From positions 6,988-70,987 of IMG/VR virus record IMGVR_UViG_3300005546_000011: 64,000 nucleotides of DNA, one strand, 5' to 3'. The notes under the pieces were generated by a model that was not told where the DNA came from, ran no database searches, and saw only the letters and a list, made by a program, of their open reading frames with translations. The number at the start of each line of letters is the position of its first letter. Positions within the stretch are counted from its first letter, which is position 1. The DNA is from a virus (lineage: Duplodnaviria; Caudoviricetes). Positions 53,238 to 62,546 of this stretch are shown one piece after another. The position numbers and the translations under genes were made by a program.

Positions 53238-53687
53238 CTACTTTACTTTGCGGAGGGCTTCCACTGTGCGGGGGCCTTCCGCTTTTGCCTTCCTGGGTGC
53301 TGGCCTCAACATCTCGATCAGATCGCGAAGGTGATCCTCTACCATCTTTCGGTGGAGAGGCTTTTCGAGATCGTTATAGATTTCGTAAAGTTCCCAGAAT
53401 CTGCTCTCAGTGAATCCTTCGGGTTCTTTAACCCCTCTCGCGGCCTCGAAAACATAGGCTTCGGGTTCGTCAATGCCGCGCGCGAGGCCTTGGAGTATCT
53501 CCACTGTGGGATTCGCGTTCTTGCCTCCAAGGAGATCGGTCACCGTACTGGCGCTGATGCGGCCTCCTGACCGATGAGAGACCTCCCTGTAGCTAAGACC
53601 CTTTTCCTTGATAACCCGTCTGAGATAGTCCGCTAGGATTGTCCGATGAGCCACGCCAAACCGTGTATCATACTGTACGCGCGGCAT
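53238..53687 (-). CDS. CI-like XRE-family repressor
   Basis: LRRVIKEKGLSYREVSHRSGGRISASTVTDLLGGKNANPTVEILQGLARG HTH; divergent from cro. Confidence 0.85.
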   Translation of the reverse strand: MPRVQYDTRFGVAHRTILADYLRRVIKEKGLSYREVSHRSGGRISASTVTDLLGGKNANPTVEILQGLARGIDEPEAYVFEAARGVKEPEGFTESRFWELYEIYNDLEKPLHRKMVEDHLRDLIEMLRPAPRKAKAEGPRTVEALRKVK

Positions 53688-53722
53688 ATCCACTTTTTTG
53701 CACGATATATCAAACATTTTGC

Positions 53723-53751
53723 TTGACACGGTTTTGCTTTGGGTTTAAGAT
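53723..53751 (+). promoter_or_regulatory. pR-like sigma70 promoter TTGACA-N17-TAAGAT
   Basis: AT-rich divergent region between CI and Cro. Confidence 0.8.
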
Positions 53752-53796
53752 GCTGGCCGTGCGACATAGCGAACGATTTGCACGGTAAAACGACCA

Positions 53797-54006
53797 ATGG
53801 AATACAGGGACGATTTGATTAGGGCAGAGAAAGCGGCGCGGAGGCTGACGGACCAAGCCCTCGCCGAACTGGCCGGGGTAAGCCGTAGCACCGTTTCTTT
53901 GGCGTGCAACGGCAAGTCGATCGGCCTCCGGGCGCTCAGCGCGATCGTGTCGGCGCTCGGAATCGAGATGGCCGAAGTGTTCAAAGCGAAGGACAGGGCA
54001 GCATAA
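53797..54006 (+). CDS. Cro-like HTH protein
   Basis: LTDQALAELAGVSRSTVSLACNG. Confidence 0.85.
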   Translation: MEYRDDLIRAEKAARRLTDQALAELAGVSRSTVSLACNGKSIGLRALSAIVSALGIEMAEVFKAKDRAA

Positions 54007-54297
54007 ATGGCAACACCTGTCACAAACCCGACAGACGAGCAAGTCGACGAGGCGCGCGCGCCAGACCCCGGGCCGGGAATCCCGGAGATTCTCGACGAAG
54101 AGGAAGCATGCGGGCTGCTGAGGATTTCGCCTTCGACCGCGTGGCGGCTGCGAAGGGCGAGAAAGCTCGGCTACTGCAAATACGGCGCGCGCGTGCTCTA
54201 CAAACGCGAACACATCCTGGCCTTCCTCGGGGCGCACGAAATCCCCGCGAACAGCGAGCAGCCGGCCAATGTGCTGCGGATGGTCAAGGCCAGCTGA
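54007..54297 (+). CDS. Excisionase-like HTH protein
   Basis: ILDEEEACGLLRISPSTAWRLRRARKLGYCKYGARVLY. Confidence 0.75.
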   Translation: MATPVTNPTDEQVDEARAPDPGPGIPEILDEEEACGLLRISPSTAWRLRRARKLGYCKYGARVLYKREHILAFLGAHEIPANSEQPANVLRMVKAS

Positions 54298-54309
54298 GGG
54301 GAGTAGGCC

Positions 54310-54477
54310 GTGGTTATCGAGGTGAACGAGAAATCGAAATACGAGGCCACGGGCTACAGCAACTACCGCTACGAAGTGGGATCGCTGGTTAAGGGAGCCT
54401 GGAAGATTCTCAGCCGGACGGATAACGGCAAGGTTTCTCGCTTCCAGTACGAATACGAACTGACGCGGGTGAATTAG
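54310..54477 (+). CDS. Small hypothetical protein (55 aa, not in the ORF track)
   Basis: GGGGAG SD then GTG; protein-like translation. Confidence 0.45.
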   Translation: MVIEVNEKSKYEATGYSNYRYEVGSLVKGAWKILSRTDNGKVSRFQYEYELTRVN

Positions 54478-54516
54478 GCCGGGCAGTCGCAGCGAAGCAC
54501 GATGTAAGGGGAAACG

Positions 54517-54780
54517 ATGAAGTACAAGCATCATCCTGAATCTCGCAAACGAGTGGGCCGCGTTCGTATCGGCCAATCCATTATTTCGATGCCCCACGAC
54601 CTGAAGACCCGCCTCGATCAACAAGCCGACCTGAGCCGCACCGACCGGCGCTCCTGTATGTACCTCGCGGTCGATTACGGTCTAACTGTAATCGAGATTC
54701 TACACGGGCAGGCAGGAACAATCGTCAACATGGTGGCGAACAAGCAGTCACAATCCGACACGCAGGGAGAGGCAAGATGA
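54517..54780 (+). CDS. Ribbon-helix-helix/CII-position regulator-like protein
   Basis: ISMPHDLKTRLDQQA pattern; AAGGGG SD. Confidence 0.5.
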   Translation: MKYKHHPESRKRVGRVRIGQSIISMPHDLKTRLDQQADLSRTDRRSCMYLAVDYGLTVIEILHGQAGTIVNMVANKQSQSDTQGEAR

Positions 54781-55118
54781 GACCAGAAACGCGACGAATG
54801 AAGCACGCGATCAGAGACCTTTGTCTCGTGCGAGACAGCCGATCGGACAGTCAGGGTGATGTCCGTACTGGCCGAGGAGGGATGCCCCACACGAGCCGCA
54901 GCGGCAGAGCGGCGACGCGCGCGGACCAGGCATCCGGCTCAAAGCTGGTGGAGATTCGCGGCGTGGCGCGGTGGCTGGGGCTTGACGCGAACGTCGTTTG
55001 CGCGCGCTGGTATTTGTGCCGTCCCGTCGAGTTGAGCCGGGCGGCCGCCGAAGAGTTTCTTTCGAGGTTGAAACAGATGCGACCGGTGACTGCAGGCCGG
55101 AGCCTGGAGGTGGCGTGA
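54777..55118 (+). CDS. Hypothetical protein
   Basis: Coupled ATGA overlaps at both ends. Confidence 0.5.
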   Translation: MRPETRRMKHAIRDLCLVRDSRSDSQGDVRTGRGGMPHTSRSGRAATRADQASGSKLVEIRGVARWLGLDANVVCARWYLCRPVELSRAAAEEFLSRLKQMRPVTAGRSLEVA

Positions 55119-55510
55119 TGCGAATGACCAGATCAAGAGCGGCGGCAATCACAGTCGGCTGGATCGTGGTGCTTTTCTTTATCGCGCTTGCCGTTGCCAG
55201 GTGCGATGCGCAGACGCCGGCCTCGCCTCAGAAAAAGAGCGTGAAGATTGACGCGCTCGACATCGCGTGGGCGGGCACGGTCGTGGGCGACAGGCTGAGC
55301 ACCAACTATGTCTTGGACCATTGCCCGACCTGTTACGAGGCGAGCCCTATCAAGCACAACGGTGTGCGAATGGGCGTGCAGTTTGGGCTGATCGGGGCGA
55401 CGAAGTTTCTGGAATACAAATACCCCGGGCACTCGACCGCGTTTCGGGTCTTCAAGGGGCTGATGGTCGGGATGGGCACGGCGGTAATCATTCACAATCT
55501 TAGGAAGTGA
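55118..55510 (+). CDS. Membrane/secreted hypothetical protein
   Basis: N-terminal TM; CPTCYEASP; hydrophobic C-terminal helices. Confidence 0.6.
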   Translation: MRMTRSRAAAITVGWIVVLFFIALAVARCDAQTPASPQKKSVKIDALDIAWAGTVVGDRLSTNYVLDHCPTCYEASPIKHNGVRMGVQFGLIGATKFLEYKYPGHSTAFRVFKGLMVGMGTAVIIHNLRK

Positions 55511-55520
55511 GGACAGTTTT

Positions 55521-55898
55521 ATGAGCAACGCGGACGATTTCTATATGCAGACACATGCGGAGGGGCTGGAGGCCAAGTGTAGCCGGTGTGGCGATGTGCT
55601 GCACTTCGGGCTCAAGGCCACGGTTGAAGGCGTGCGCGAGGGTAAGCGCGAGCACTTGCTTGTGTGCGCAAAGGTGGCGAGATTTACGCGCGTCGATGAC
55701 AAGCTGGTGGCGATAGACGGGACGACGGTCTACTTCGAGATCCTGGGCGGCGGGAAGCTACAGATCGTGCCGACCGCGCTGAACAGGTTATTAGGCAACG
55801 CTGGCGCGTGGCGGTGGCGGTTCGAGGGAACCGACGAAGACGCCGGGCGGCTGGTGGAAGCAATTAGACGCGTGCTGCGGGAACGAGCGGCGGCGTAA
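55521..55898 (+). CDS. Hypothetical protein
   Basis: GAGGA SD; CSRC motif. Confidence 0.6.
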   Translation: MSNADDFYMQTHAEGLEAKCSRCGDVLHFGLKATVEGVREGKREHLLVCAKVARFTRVDDKLVAIDGTTVYFEILGGGKLQIVPTALNRLLGNAGAWRWRFEGTDEDAGRLVEAIRRVLRERAAA

Positions 55899-56012
55899 GG
55901 GTGTCGCCCGCGCCGACGGAGCGGAGTGTCTCCGACGCGCGGGGTCTGAGTGTCTCTAACGCGCAGAGGCGGGCACTCGGCGGGCACGGCGCGGGCGACG
56001 ATTTGAGGCACG

Positions 56013-56201
56013 GTGATGATGGTCAGGTGTTCAGATTGTCAGGAGGACTACCGGGCAAAGAAGGGCTCGGACTACGCGGCGGGGAGAGTGTGTTTCCGCT
56101 GCCAGTACGAACGCCGCGAAGCTGACCGCGAGTACGCGGCGGCGTCTCGAATGACGATGCTGGTCTTTGGAGCGGACGATCCTGACCTGCTTGAAACGTG
56201 A
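56013..56201 (+). CDS. Small Zn-finger-like protein
   Basis: CSDC...CFRC. Confidence 0.5.
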   Translation: MMMVRCSDCQEDYRAKKGSDYAAGRVCFRCQYERREADREYAAASRMTMLVFGADDPDLLET

Positions 56202-56204
56202 CGG

Positions 56205-56393
56205 GTGCGCGGAATGATTCTCGTCTTTTTAACAAACAAGCTGGTCGTCGAAGCGCAGAATCAGCGCGAGCGCCGGATGCTGCCCAGCCTAAAGAGGTTT
56301 CTCGACGAAACGGACATTGCGCAGTTCCTGAGCGACTACGAGGACGGTGAGAACCGGGAGTTTGAGATTGTTGGTAAACGAGGAGGAGAGTGA
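56205..56393 (+). CDS. Small hypothetical protein
   Basis: Coupled to the next gene. Confidence 0.45.
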   Translation: MRGMILVFLTNKLVVEAQNQRERRMLPSLKRFLDETDIAQFLSDYEDGENREFEIVGKRGGE

Positions 56394-56641
56394 TGCAAAG
56401 AAATGCCATCGGTTCATCTTCGAACATCAAGTCGGCCGGCTACGACGAACAGACCGGGCGGCTCGAGATCGAATTCCACAACGGCTCGCTCTACAGCTAC
56501 GACGAGGTTCCGCAAGAGAAGTTCGACGCCCTGATCGCGGCTGACGGCGACGAAAACCAATCGGTCGGGCGCTACTTCAATCAACAGATCCGCGGCCAGT
56601 TCAAGGGGACGAAGGTCGAAAGAGAGGAAGCCGCCGCGTGA
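56390..56641 (+). CDS. KTSC-domain protein
   Basis: SSNIKSAGYD..TGRLEIEFHNGSLYSYDEVP...SVGRYFN. Confidence 0.9.
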   Translation: MMQRNAIGSSSNIKSAGYDEQTGRLEIEFHNGSLYSYDEVPQEKFDALIAADGDENQSVGRYFNQQIRGQFKGTKVEREEAAA

Positions 56642-57261
56642 GCGCCCAAGCTCCACAACTCGAATTCAACGAGGCTGAGCACGCCTACTATGTCGGCGGC
56701 GAGCGATTGTTGAACGTGACGCAGGTGTTGGCCGAGCTCGGGATGGTTGACACGCGCTTCTTCACCGAGGAGGCGCGGTTGCGCGGGCAGGCGGTTCACC
56801 TGGCGTGCCAGTACGACGACGAGGGCGTGCTGAACGAAGACGATCTCGATCCCGTGCTGGCGCCGTACCTGGAAGCCTGGCGACGGTTTGTAGCCGACTA
56901 CGAGTTCGAGGCGGAGTTGATCGAAAAGCGCCTGTGGAGCGCGGCTTATCGCTACGCGGGGACGGTCGATCGAGTGGGCAAGGCGCGGATCGCGAACAAC
57001 GGGGCTGACAAGCGACGGGTCGCTATCGACCTGAAGACTGGCGCTGCGCTTCCGGCGTATCCGCTGCAACTGGCGGGATACGTGAACCTGTTGGATGAGC
57101 CGACTTCTTACCTGAGATTGAAAGTCGAGTTGAAGCCAACCGGTAAGTACAAGGTCTGGGAGTATCCGATTACCACCTACGCGCGAGATCTGAACGTGTT
57201 TCTGTCGGGCGTCGGTGTGTTGCAGTGGAAAAAGGAGAATAAGTTATGGGCACCGCAATAG
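56638..57261 (+). CDS. PD-(D/E)xK exonuclease (Cas4/RecB-like)
   Basis: YAGTVDRV...IDLKTG...LQLAGY. Confidence 0.8.
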   Translation: MSAQAPQLEFNEAEHAYYVGGERLLNVTQVLAELGMVDTRFFTEEARLRGQAVHLACQYDDEGVLNEDDLDPVLAPYLEAWRRFVADYEFEAELIEKRLWSAAYRYAGTVDRVGKARIANNGADKRRVAIDLKTGAALPAYPLQLAGYVNLLDEPTSYLRLKVELKPTGKYKVWEYPITTYARDLNVFLSGVGVLQWKKENKLWAPQ

Positions 57262-58043
57262 TCGCGCCGCCCGCGTTGCAGTCCCTCGTGCGCGAAGGAT
57301 CGCCGTGGCTGGTTCAGTTGATCAGCGAAATCGAGACAGCCGATCAAGAGTTTGCTCTTCAGGCTCAGACTTGGATCGAGCAGGTGGGCCAGATCGCCGT
57401 AGAGGACCAGGACACCTACGAGGTGATGGCAACTCTCGCGACCGAGCTTGTGCGGATCGACAAGGCTATCGTTGGCTACCACGAGCCCTTTAAGAAGGGG
57501 GCCGACGCCCTGCACAAAATGATGGTGGCTTTCGAGAAGAAGGTTCTCGGGCCAATACAGCAGGGTAGCGCGCTAGCAAAGCGCAAGATCACGAACTGGA
57601 CAATCGAGCAGGAGCGGCTGCGTGCCGAGCAGGAACGCCTCGCGCGCGAGCGGTCCGAGCAACAGTCTCGAGACTTACAACTCGCGGCGGCGGTCGAGAT
57701 GGAGCGGTTGGGGGGCACGCCGGAAGAGGTGGCGGCGGTGCTCGAGGCTCCGGCTCCGCTTCCGGTCCCGGTTGTCCAGCCGGCCTACACGAAGGCTTCA
57801 AACGTCGCGACGACGACGCGCTGGCGCGCCGAGATCACGAGCATCAAGGAGTTGTGCGCGGCGATCGGCAGGGGCGACCAGCCGGAGACGTTCGCGATGG
57901 GGATCGAGAAGTACGAGAAACCGGGAACGATGTGGATCTCGTCGCCGACGCTTAACAAGATGGCGCAGGCCATGACAACGACGATGAACATTCCGGGCGT
58001 GAAGGCGGTGAAGGAGTCGGGCGTGAGCGTCCGAACGAGTTGA
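57246..58043 (+). CDS. Coiled-coil protein (Gam/Gp157-like)
   Basis: Long helical run; next to the exonuclease; C-terminal IPGVKAVKE. Confidence 0.5.
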   Translation: MGTAIVAPPALQSLVREGSPWLVQLISEIETADQEFALQAQTWIEQVGQIAVEDQDTYEVMATLATELVRIDKAIVGYHEPFKKGADALHKMMVAFEKKVLGPIQQGSALAKRKITNWTIEQERLRAEQERLARERSEQQSRDLQLAAAVEMERLGGTPEEVAAVLEAPAPLPVPVVQPAYTKASNVATTTRWRAEITSIKELCAAIGRGDQPETFAMGIEKYEKPGTMWISSPTLNKMAQAMTTTMNIPGVKAVKESGVSVRTS

Positions 58044-58091
58044 AGATCCCCTTCAGCAAGAGAAGAGAGAAGGGAAACAGGAGGTATCGCA

Positions 58092-59603
58092 ATGAGAGTG
58101 CAATATGGGTTGACGCATACGCTTGAGGGCGTGCCGATCGTGCGCGAGGCAAAAACGCTGAAGGTCGGCATCGGCTTACCGAGAGGAAAGGCGGTCCACG
58201 TCTGGATCGACGAGGAGGACCAGTGGTGCATACAGGGCGGGCCGAACGTGCGGCGGGTTGGCACACGGGAAGAAGCCGAGGAAGCCTATCACGCCGCAAG
58301 GTCGGAAGCGCCCGACCGGAAGTTTCCGGGACGCCTGTCTTACTTCACGTTCAGCAACGTGGGTGCGGACGGTTCGTTCGAGCCGGACTTTGAAGCGATC
58401 GAGATGTACGGTTCGATGCCGCGCGTGCTGGATATCATGTTCGTCGAACCGGATCCGTTCGACAATTCCTATCAGATGTGGACGTCGACTGAGTTGAAGT
58501 GTGAGGGTGACGGCAAGGATGCAAAGCGCGTGGTGACGCTTGGCGCGTCGCAAACCGACCAGCGATATCGCGACGTGGCGGCCGAGGCGATGAAGCGCGG
58601 CGACAAACACTTTGAGGTTCTAGACGGGTGTTGGATGTTCGGCTGTCCGTTTGCGAACGGGGACTGCAAGCCACACGGCCGGCTGGTGTTTCAGTTGGCG
58701 CGCACGCCCAGGCTTGGGAGCACGGCTTACTTCGACACGACGGGGTTCAGGAGCGTTGCGGAGTTGTCCTCGTCCCTGCGGAAGCTGCTTACGGTCACGG
58801 GGCGCGGCGAGCCGTCCCAGGGGCGGGTGCACGGCATACCGCTGAAGCTGTGTATGCGCCCGTACAAAGTGACCTACGAGGAGCGCGGCGCCAAAAAGTC
58901 GGGCACGCAGAACGCGGTGTGGATCGAGTTTCGCGCTACGGATGCGATGGGCCTCCAGCGCGAGCTGCTGACTCACGCGGCGGCGTATGAGGGCGGGCCG
59001 AGACTGCTGAACGGCTCCACTGCCGTCCCGGTCGACATAACCGATATGAGCGAGCTGGCTGAGGCGGAGTTGGTAGTAGCGCCGCCTCCCCCGAACGCCG
59101 CCGCTCTTGCTGCTGAGTTCTATCCGGAGAAGGAGCCGGATGAATTCGACAGTGAGGGTGGCGGTGCTACTCAAAGCGTTGGTCCCCGAATGCCGGTGCG
59201 GAAGGCGACGCCGGCGGCTCAGGAGCCGGTCCGGGCGACGGCTCCTGAGAGTACCCCGGAAGCGGCAGGCGACGGCGTGCAGGCAAGCTATCTGGAAGTG
59301 CTTCAAGCGCGGACGTGGAAGTGTCTGCCCGCGCAAAAGGGAATGATGCTGCAGCGGCTCGCTGTCTTCCCGGAGTCGGGAGCGACCGAGGACCAGGTGA
59401 GGAGCCTCATGGTGGAAGAGTTCAACGTGGAGAGTCCGGCGCAGCTCGACTCGAAGCAGATGATCAAGGCGCTGACGCTCGTCCAGCGCGCGATTCCAGT
59501 CTCGCCCGCTGCCGCGGACGGATCGGATCAATCGGCCCCGCAAGCGAATGTTGTTGCGGCGCAGCATCCGTCCCAATCGGTGAGGAGGGTGTTGTTCGAG
59601 TAG
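58092..59603 (+). CDS. Recombination protein, Gp3/RDF-like family
   Basis: LKCEGDG...GCP...CKPHGRLVFQL...DTTGFRS motif; GGAGGT SD. Confidence 0.6.
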   Translation: MRVQYGLTHTLEGVPIVREAKTLKVGIGLPRGKAVHVWIDEEDQWCIQGGPNVRRVGTREEAEEAYHAARSEAPDRKFPGRLSYFTFSNVGADGSFEPDFEAIEMYGSMPRVLDIMFVEPDPFDNSYQMWTSTELKCEGDGKDAKRVVTLGASQTDQRYRDVAAEAMKRGDKHFEVLDGCWMFGCPFANGDCKPHGRLVFQLARTPRLGSTAYFDTTGFRSVAELSSSLRKLLTVTGRGEPSQGRVHGIPLKLCMRPYKVTYEERGAKKSGTQNAVWIEFRATDAMGLQRELLTHAAAYEGGPRLLNGSTAVPVDITDMSELAEAELVVAPPPPNAAALAAEFYPEKEPDEFDSEGGGATQSVGPRMPVRKATPAAQEPVRATAPESTPEAAGDGVQASYLEVLQARTWKCLPAQKGMMLQRLAVFPESGATEDQVRSLMVEEFNVESPAQLDSKQMIKALTLVQRAIPVSPAAADGSDQSAPQANVVAAQHPSQSVRRVLFE

Positions 59604-59622
59604 TTTCTCCTTTTAGCGGCTA

Positions 59623-59694
59623 GAGGGGTGCGGGCCTGGGGAACCAACTTCCCAAGAGGCTTACGCAAGAACCGGGTGCGCACCCCTCCCTTTT
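59623..59694 (+). terminator. Large multi-stem hairpin / terminator-like element
   Basis: GAGGGGTGCG/CGCACCCCTC outer stem, inner GCCT/AGGC and GGGAA/TTCCC stems, then CCTTTT. Confidence 0.45.
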
Positions 59695-59731
59695 CAGTAG
59701 TCAGTAGTCAGTAGTCCGGAGGTCAGAACGG

Positions 59732-59944
59732 ATGAGCGATACAGAGACTCTATCGATCGTGATTGCCACGGAAGACGGCGCGGTTAAGAAGGCGTTCGCC
59801 TCGTATGATGCGGCGGTGATCATTGCCACGCAAAACGCGCTGCGCGTGCGGTTCGCGGCCGAGCAGATTTCGGTGTTCACCTGCGAGGTAATCGACAAGG
59901 CGCCGAACATTCGCAAGAGCCGGGCGAAGGGAGAATCGAGCTAA
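59732..59944 (+). CDS. Small hypothetical protein
   Basis: GGAGGT SD; TAATG coupling. Confidence 0.6.
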   Translation: MSDTETLSIVIATEDGAVKKAFASYDAAVIIATQNALRVRFAAEQISVFTCEVIDKAPNIRKSRAKGESS

Positions 59945-60216
59945 TGCACAGCAGCCGAATGAAGGCACTTCTTGAAGCGATCCCTTCGACTGAACCGGCC
60001 TCGTTTGACGAGTTCTGCCGGGCGCTCGGGCCGGAGAAGCCAGACAGGGACGAGAAGCGCGAGTGGTGGGAGCTGTTTGTAGACATCGAGGCGCTCGAGT
60101 CCGAGGACCTCGTCGAGATCGAGCGGACGAAGCGCGGTAACGGGCGGCTGCAAATCGACACGATGATCCTGACCGAAGCGGGTGTAGCCGTGCTGCGCGA
60201 AATGAGGTCGCAGTGA
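59944..60216 (+). CDS. Small winged-helix-like protein
   Basis: FDEFCRALG...LESEDLVEI...LTEAG. Confidence 0.5.
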   Translation: MHSSRMKALLEAIPSTEPASFDEFCRALGPEKPDRDEKREWWELFVDIEALESEDLVEIERTKRGNGRLQIDTMILTEAGVAVLREMRSQ

Positions 60217-60380
60217 GCATCGTCACTCGACGCTGCAAGTGCTGTGGCGGGGACTGGAACGATTGCCCGTGCCTGATGCTGTGCCAATGCGGACGGTGCC
60301 AGACGCATTGCAAGTGCGCGCTCGGGGTGGCGTGTTTCGAGCCGCTGACGTGGGCTTTGGAGCGGGAGGCCGGGCAGTGA
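60213..60380 (+). CDS. Cys-rich microprotein (55 aa, 11 Cys; not in the ORF track)
   Basis: GTGA coupling at both ends; CKCC..CPC..CQC..C..HCKC. Confidence 0.55.
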   Translation: MSIVTRRCKCCGGDWNDCPCLMLCQCGRCQTHCKCALGVACFEPLTWALEREAGQ

Positions 60381-60532
60381 CCGATAGCGACATACCGGAA
60401 AACGCCAGGGAGCTGACGGGGTACGCGGCGTTCGGGTGCCTGTTCGTGGTGGCTTACGTCGGCTTTCTGGTGTTCCTTGGGTATGTGGTTTCGAATCTGA
60501 TCTGGCTGTTAGCAACGGGCCAGGTGGGTTAG
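60377..60532 (+). CDS. Small single-TM protein
   Basis: GGAGG SD then GTG; long hydrophobic segment. Confidence 0.5.
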   Translation: MTDSDIPENARELTGYAAFGCLFVVAYVGFLVFLGYVVSNLIWLLATGQVG

Positions 60533-60621
60533 GTCCGGGGTGGCAAATACTTCGAAGCGCGCTGAGTTGCGGAGCAGATGAGCGCGCGTGATGGCACTCT
60601 CTGTGTGAGCCGCCCCGGACC

Positions 60622-61080
60622 TTGGTTCTGGATGCTATGAGACGGCAACAGGAACACAATGATCAGAAGGAGTTCTTCAACTGGTGCGACCTGACCGGCT
60701 CGCTCCATCCACGCTGCCGAGACGTGCTCGGCCGCTTCTTTGCCGTACCGAACGGGGGCCATCGTAACAAGGCGACGGCCGGCAAGCTAAAAGCTGAGGG
60801 CGTGAAGCGCGGCATTCTCGACGTGTTCAACCTAACCCGCTCCCCCCAGGCGGACGGCGATTTCTACGCAGGGCTGATACTCGAGTTCAAATCCGACACG
60901 GGGCGGCTGTCGGACGAACAGCGCGATTGGAAGGCGCACTTCGAAGCGCAGGGCTATCGAGTGGAGGTGCCGCGCTCGTGGATCGAAGCGGCGCTGATAA
61001 CGATCGATTATTTTGGCTGGCCCGAGGAGTTGAAGAAGAATCTGCCGCTGCATCGGCTGGAGCGCCCCAAGGCGAAGTGA
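60622..61080 (+). CDS. VRR-NUC domain nuclease
   Basis: FAVPNGG...LKAEGVKRGILD...LEFKS..GRLSDEQ. Confidence 0.85.
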   Translation: MVLDAMRRQQEHNDQKEFFNWCDLTGSLHPRCRDVLGRFFAVPNGGHRNKATAGKLKAEGVKRGILDVFNLTRSPQADGDFYAGLILEFKSDTGRLSDEQRDWKAHFEAQGYRVEVPRSWIEAALITIDYFGWPEELKKNLPLHRLERPKAK

Positions 61081-61445
61081 TGAACGCGGTACTTCAAAAC
61101 GAGAGAAGGGAGTTCTGGATGAGGATAACGTTGCGGGTGCTTCTTCTTACGGTTGTTGCTGTGGGCTTTGCCGTCGTTTTTCGGCCAGCGCCGGGGAGGT
61201 CCGAACAGGGCTTGGAGCCGTGCGGGGCTGTCGTGGTGTCGGCGATCGAGGCTGACGGCACGGCGCTGGTCAAGTGGTCGAGTACGGCCGCCGTCGAGGT
61301 GCGCGTGAATACGCCGACCGGGGACCTGTTTGCCTCCTCGCCTGCCGTCGAGTGGCGAACCGGAACCTGGGTTAAACCGGGCGCGCGGTTTTACCTTTTG
61401 AGCGCGGCGACTCACGAGACGCTGGATGTGGATGTCGCGCGCTGA
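61080..61445 (+). CDS. Membrane-anchored Ig-like hypothetical protein
   Basis: N-terminal TM then a beta-rich domain. Confidence 0.5.
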   Translation: MNAVLQNERREFWMRITLRVLLLTVVAVGFAVVFRPAPGRSEQGLEPCGAVVVSAIEADGTALVKWSSTAAVEVRVNTPTGDLFASSPAVEWRTGTWVKPGARFYLLSAATHETLDVDVAR

Positions 61446-61455
61446 AGAGTCCTTT

Positions 61456-61800
61456 ATGCCAACGCCGGGGGACAGACAAAGCGTGAATTGCCGGGGCTGC
61501 GGCGCCGAGATCCTGATGATCAGATCGACGCGGCTGAAGTGGATTCCCTGCGAGCGGCTGCCGTCGCACGTGGACGGTGAAACGATGATGGTGTTTGCGG
61601 ATGGATACGTCGGCAGGTATCACGGAGATCATGAGATTGGACACGAGTCGCACTTCGCGCACTGCCCGAAGGCGGCCCAGTTCAAACGGGACGACCGGCG
61701 TCAAAAACCTACCTCTGTTTCCGCCGAAACAGGGGATCCTGCAAACCTGGCGCCGGTCGCGATTGGGTGTGGATGTATGAACCTGCGAGGTGCAGCATGA
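61456..61800 (+). CDS. Small phage Zn-binding protein
   Basis: CRGCGAEI...SHFAHCP. Confidence 0.65.
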   Translation: MPTPGDRQSVNCRGCGAEILMIRSTRLKWIPCERLPSHVDGETMMVFADGYVGRYHGDHEIGHESHFAHCPKAAQFKRDDRRQKPTSVSAETGDPANLAPVAIGCGCMNLRGAA

Positions 61801-61961
61801 GCGATATCGTCGGGCTCAGCCTGTCTATAGCGGTGATTCTCTTTGGCGTGTGGCTGGATCGCAGGCAGAAGCGGAACACGCGAGCCCTGAAGATGTCGCC
61901 TGAGTGGATGAAGGGCGATCTGCCCGGACACGAGAAGCAGCAAAGAAAGCGGGCGAGCTAA
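61797..61961 (+). CDS. Small single-TM protein
   Basis: GAGGT SD; IVGLSLSIAVILFGVWL. Confidence 0.5.
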   Translation: MSDIVGLSLSIAVILFGVWLDRRQKRNTRALKMSPEWMKGDLPGHEKQQRKRAS

Positions 61962-61973
61962 GGGGACGCGAAA

Positions 61974-62537
61974 ATGGGCGCAAACCGACACGCTTACAGC
62001 ACGCAAATCCCGAACGCAATTCTTGATTTAGGCCTGTCGGTCTACGCGGTGGTGCTCTACATACACCTCAAGAGTTGCGAGGACGAACGGAAGTACGGGG
62101 AAGGCTTAGGCAATGTCCCCAGTATGCGAGAGCTCGCGATTGCCTGCGGGATGTCGGTTGGTTCGGTCGTGAAGGCGCGCCGCGAACTCGTAGCTGCGGG
62201 AGTTGCCGAGGTGGTCCCGGGAATCTCGCCGCGTCTGGCTGAGCGATACCTTCGCGAAAAGGTGGGTCAGACTTATGCGTACGGGAACGACAAATACAAA
62301 CAGTGCGAGTGGTGTCGCGGGCGCTCGCTGGTCTTGCACTCGCATCACTTTCCTGCGTCTCGAGCGGAGGGCGGCCAACAGACGGTCAGCGTTTGCCCGA
62401 ACTGTCACTACGAGTATCACGAGATGGTTGGCGGTTCGATTTGCTTGGTAGACATCGAGAACGACGAGCCTCGCGCCGATTGCGAGCCGGGGCCATCAGA
62501 ATCCCCCGAAGAAGCGGAGCAGTTGTCGACAGCTTGA
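61974..62537 (+). CDS. HTH plus HNH-domain protein
   Basis: QIPNAILD..LS..AVVLYIHL...PSMRELA (rep-type HTH); CEWC..HSHH..CPNCH (HNH). Confidence 0.7.
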   Translation: MGANRHAYSTQIPNAILDLGLSVYAVVLYIHLKSCEDERKYGEGLGNVPSMRELAIACGMSVGSVVKARRELVAAGVAEVVPGISPRLAERYLREKVGQTYAYGNDKYKQCEWCRGRSLVLHSHHFPASRAEGGQQTVSVCPNCHYEYHEMVGGSICLVDIENDEPRADCEPGPSESPEEAEQLSTA

Positions 62538-62546
62538 TCGGCCCGA

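Noticed and set aside
56638-57261. Cas4 of a CRISPR system
   Set aside because: No cas1/cas2 or array; it sits in a recombination module, so it is a phage exonuclease
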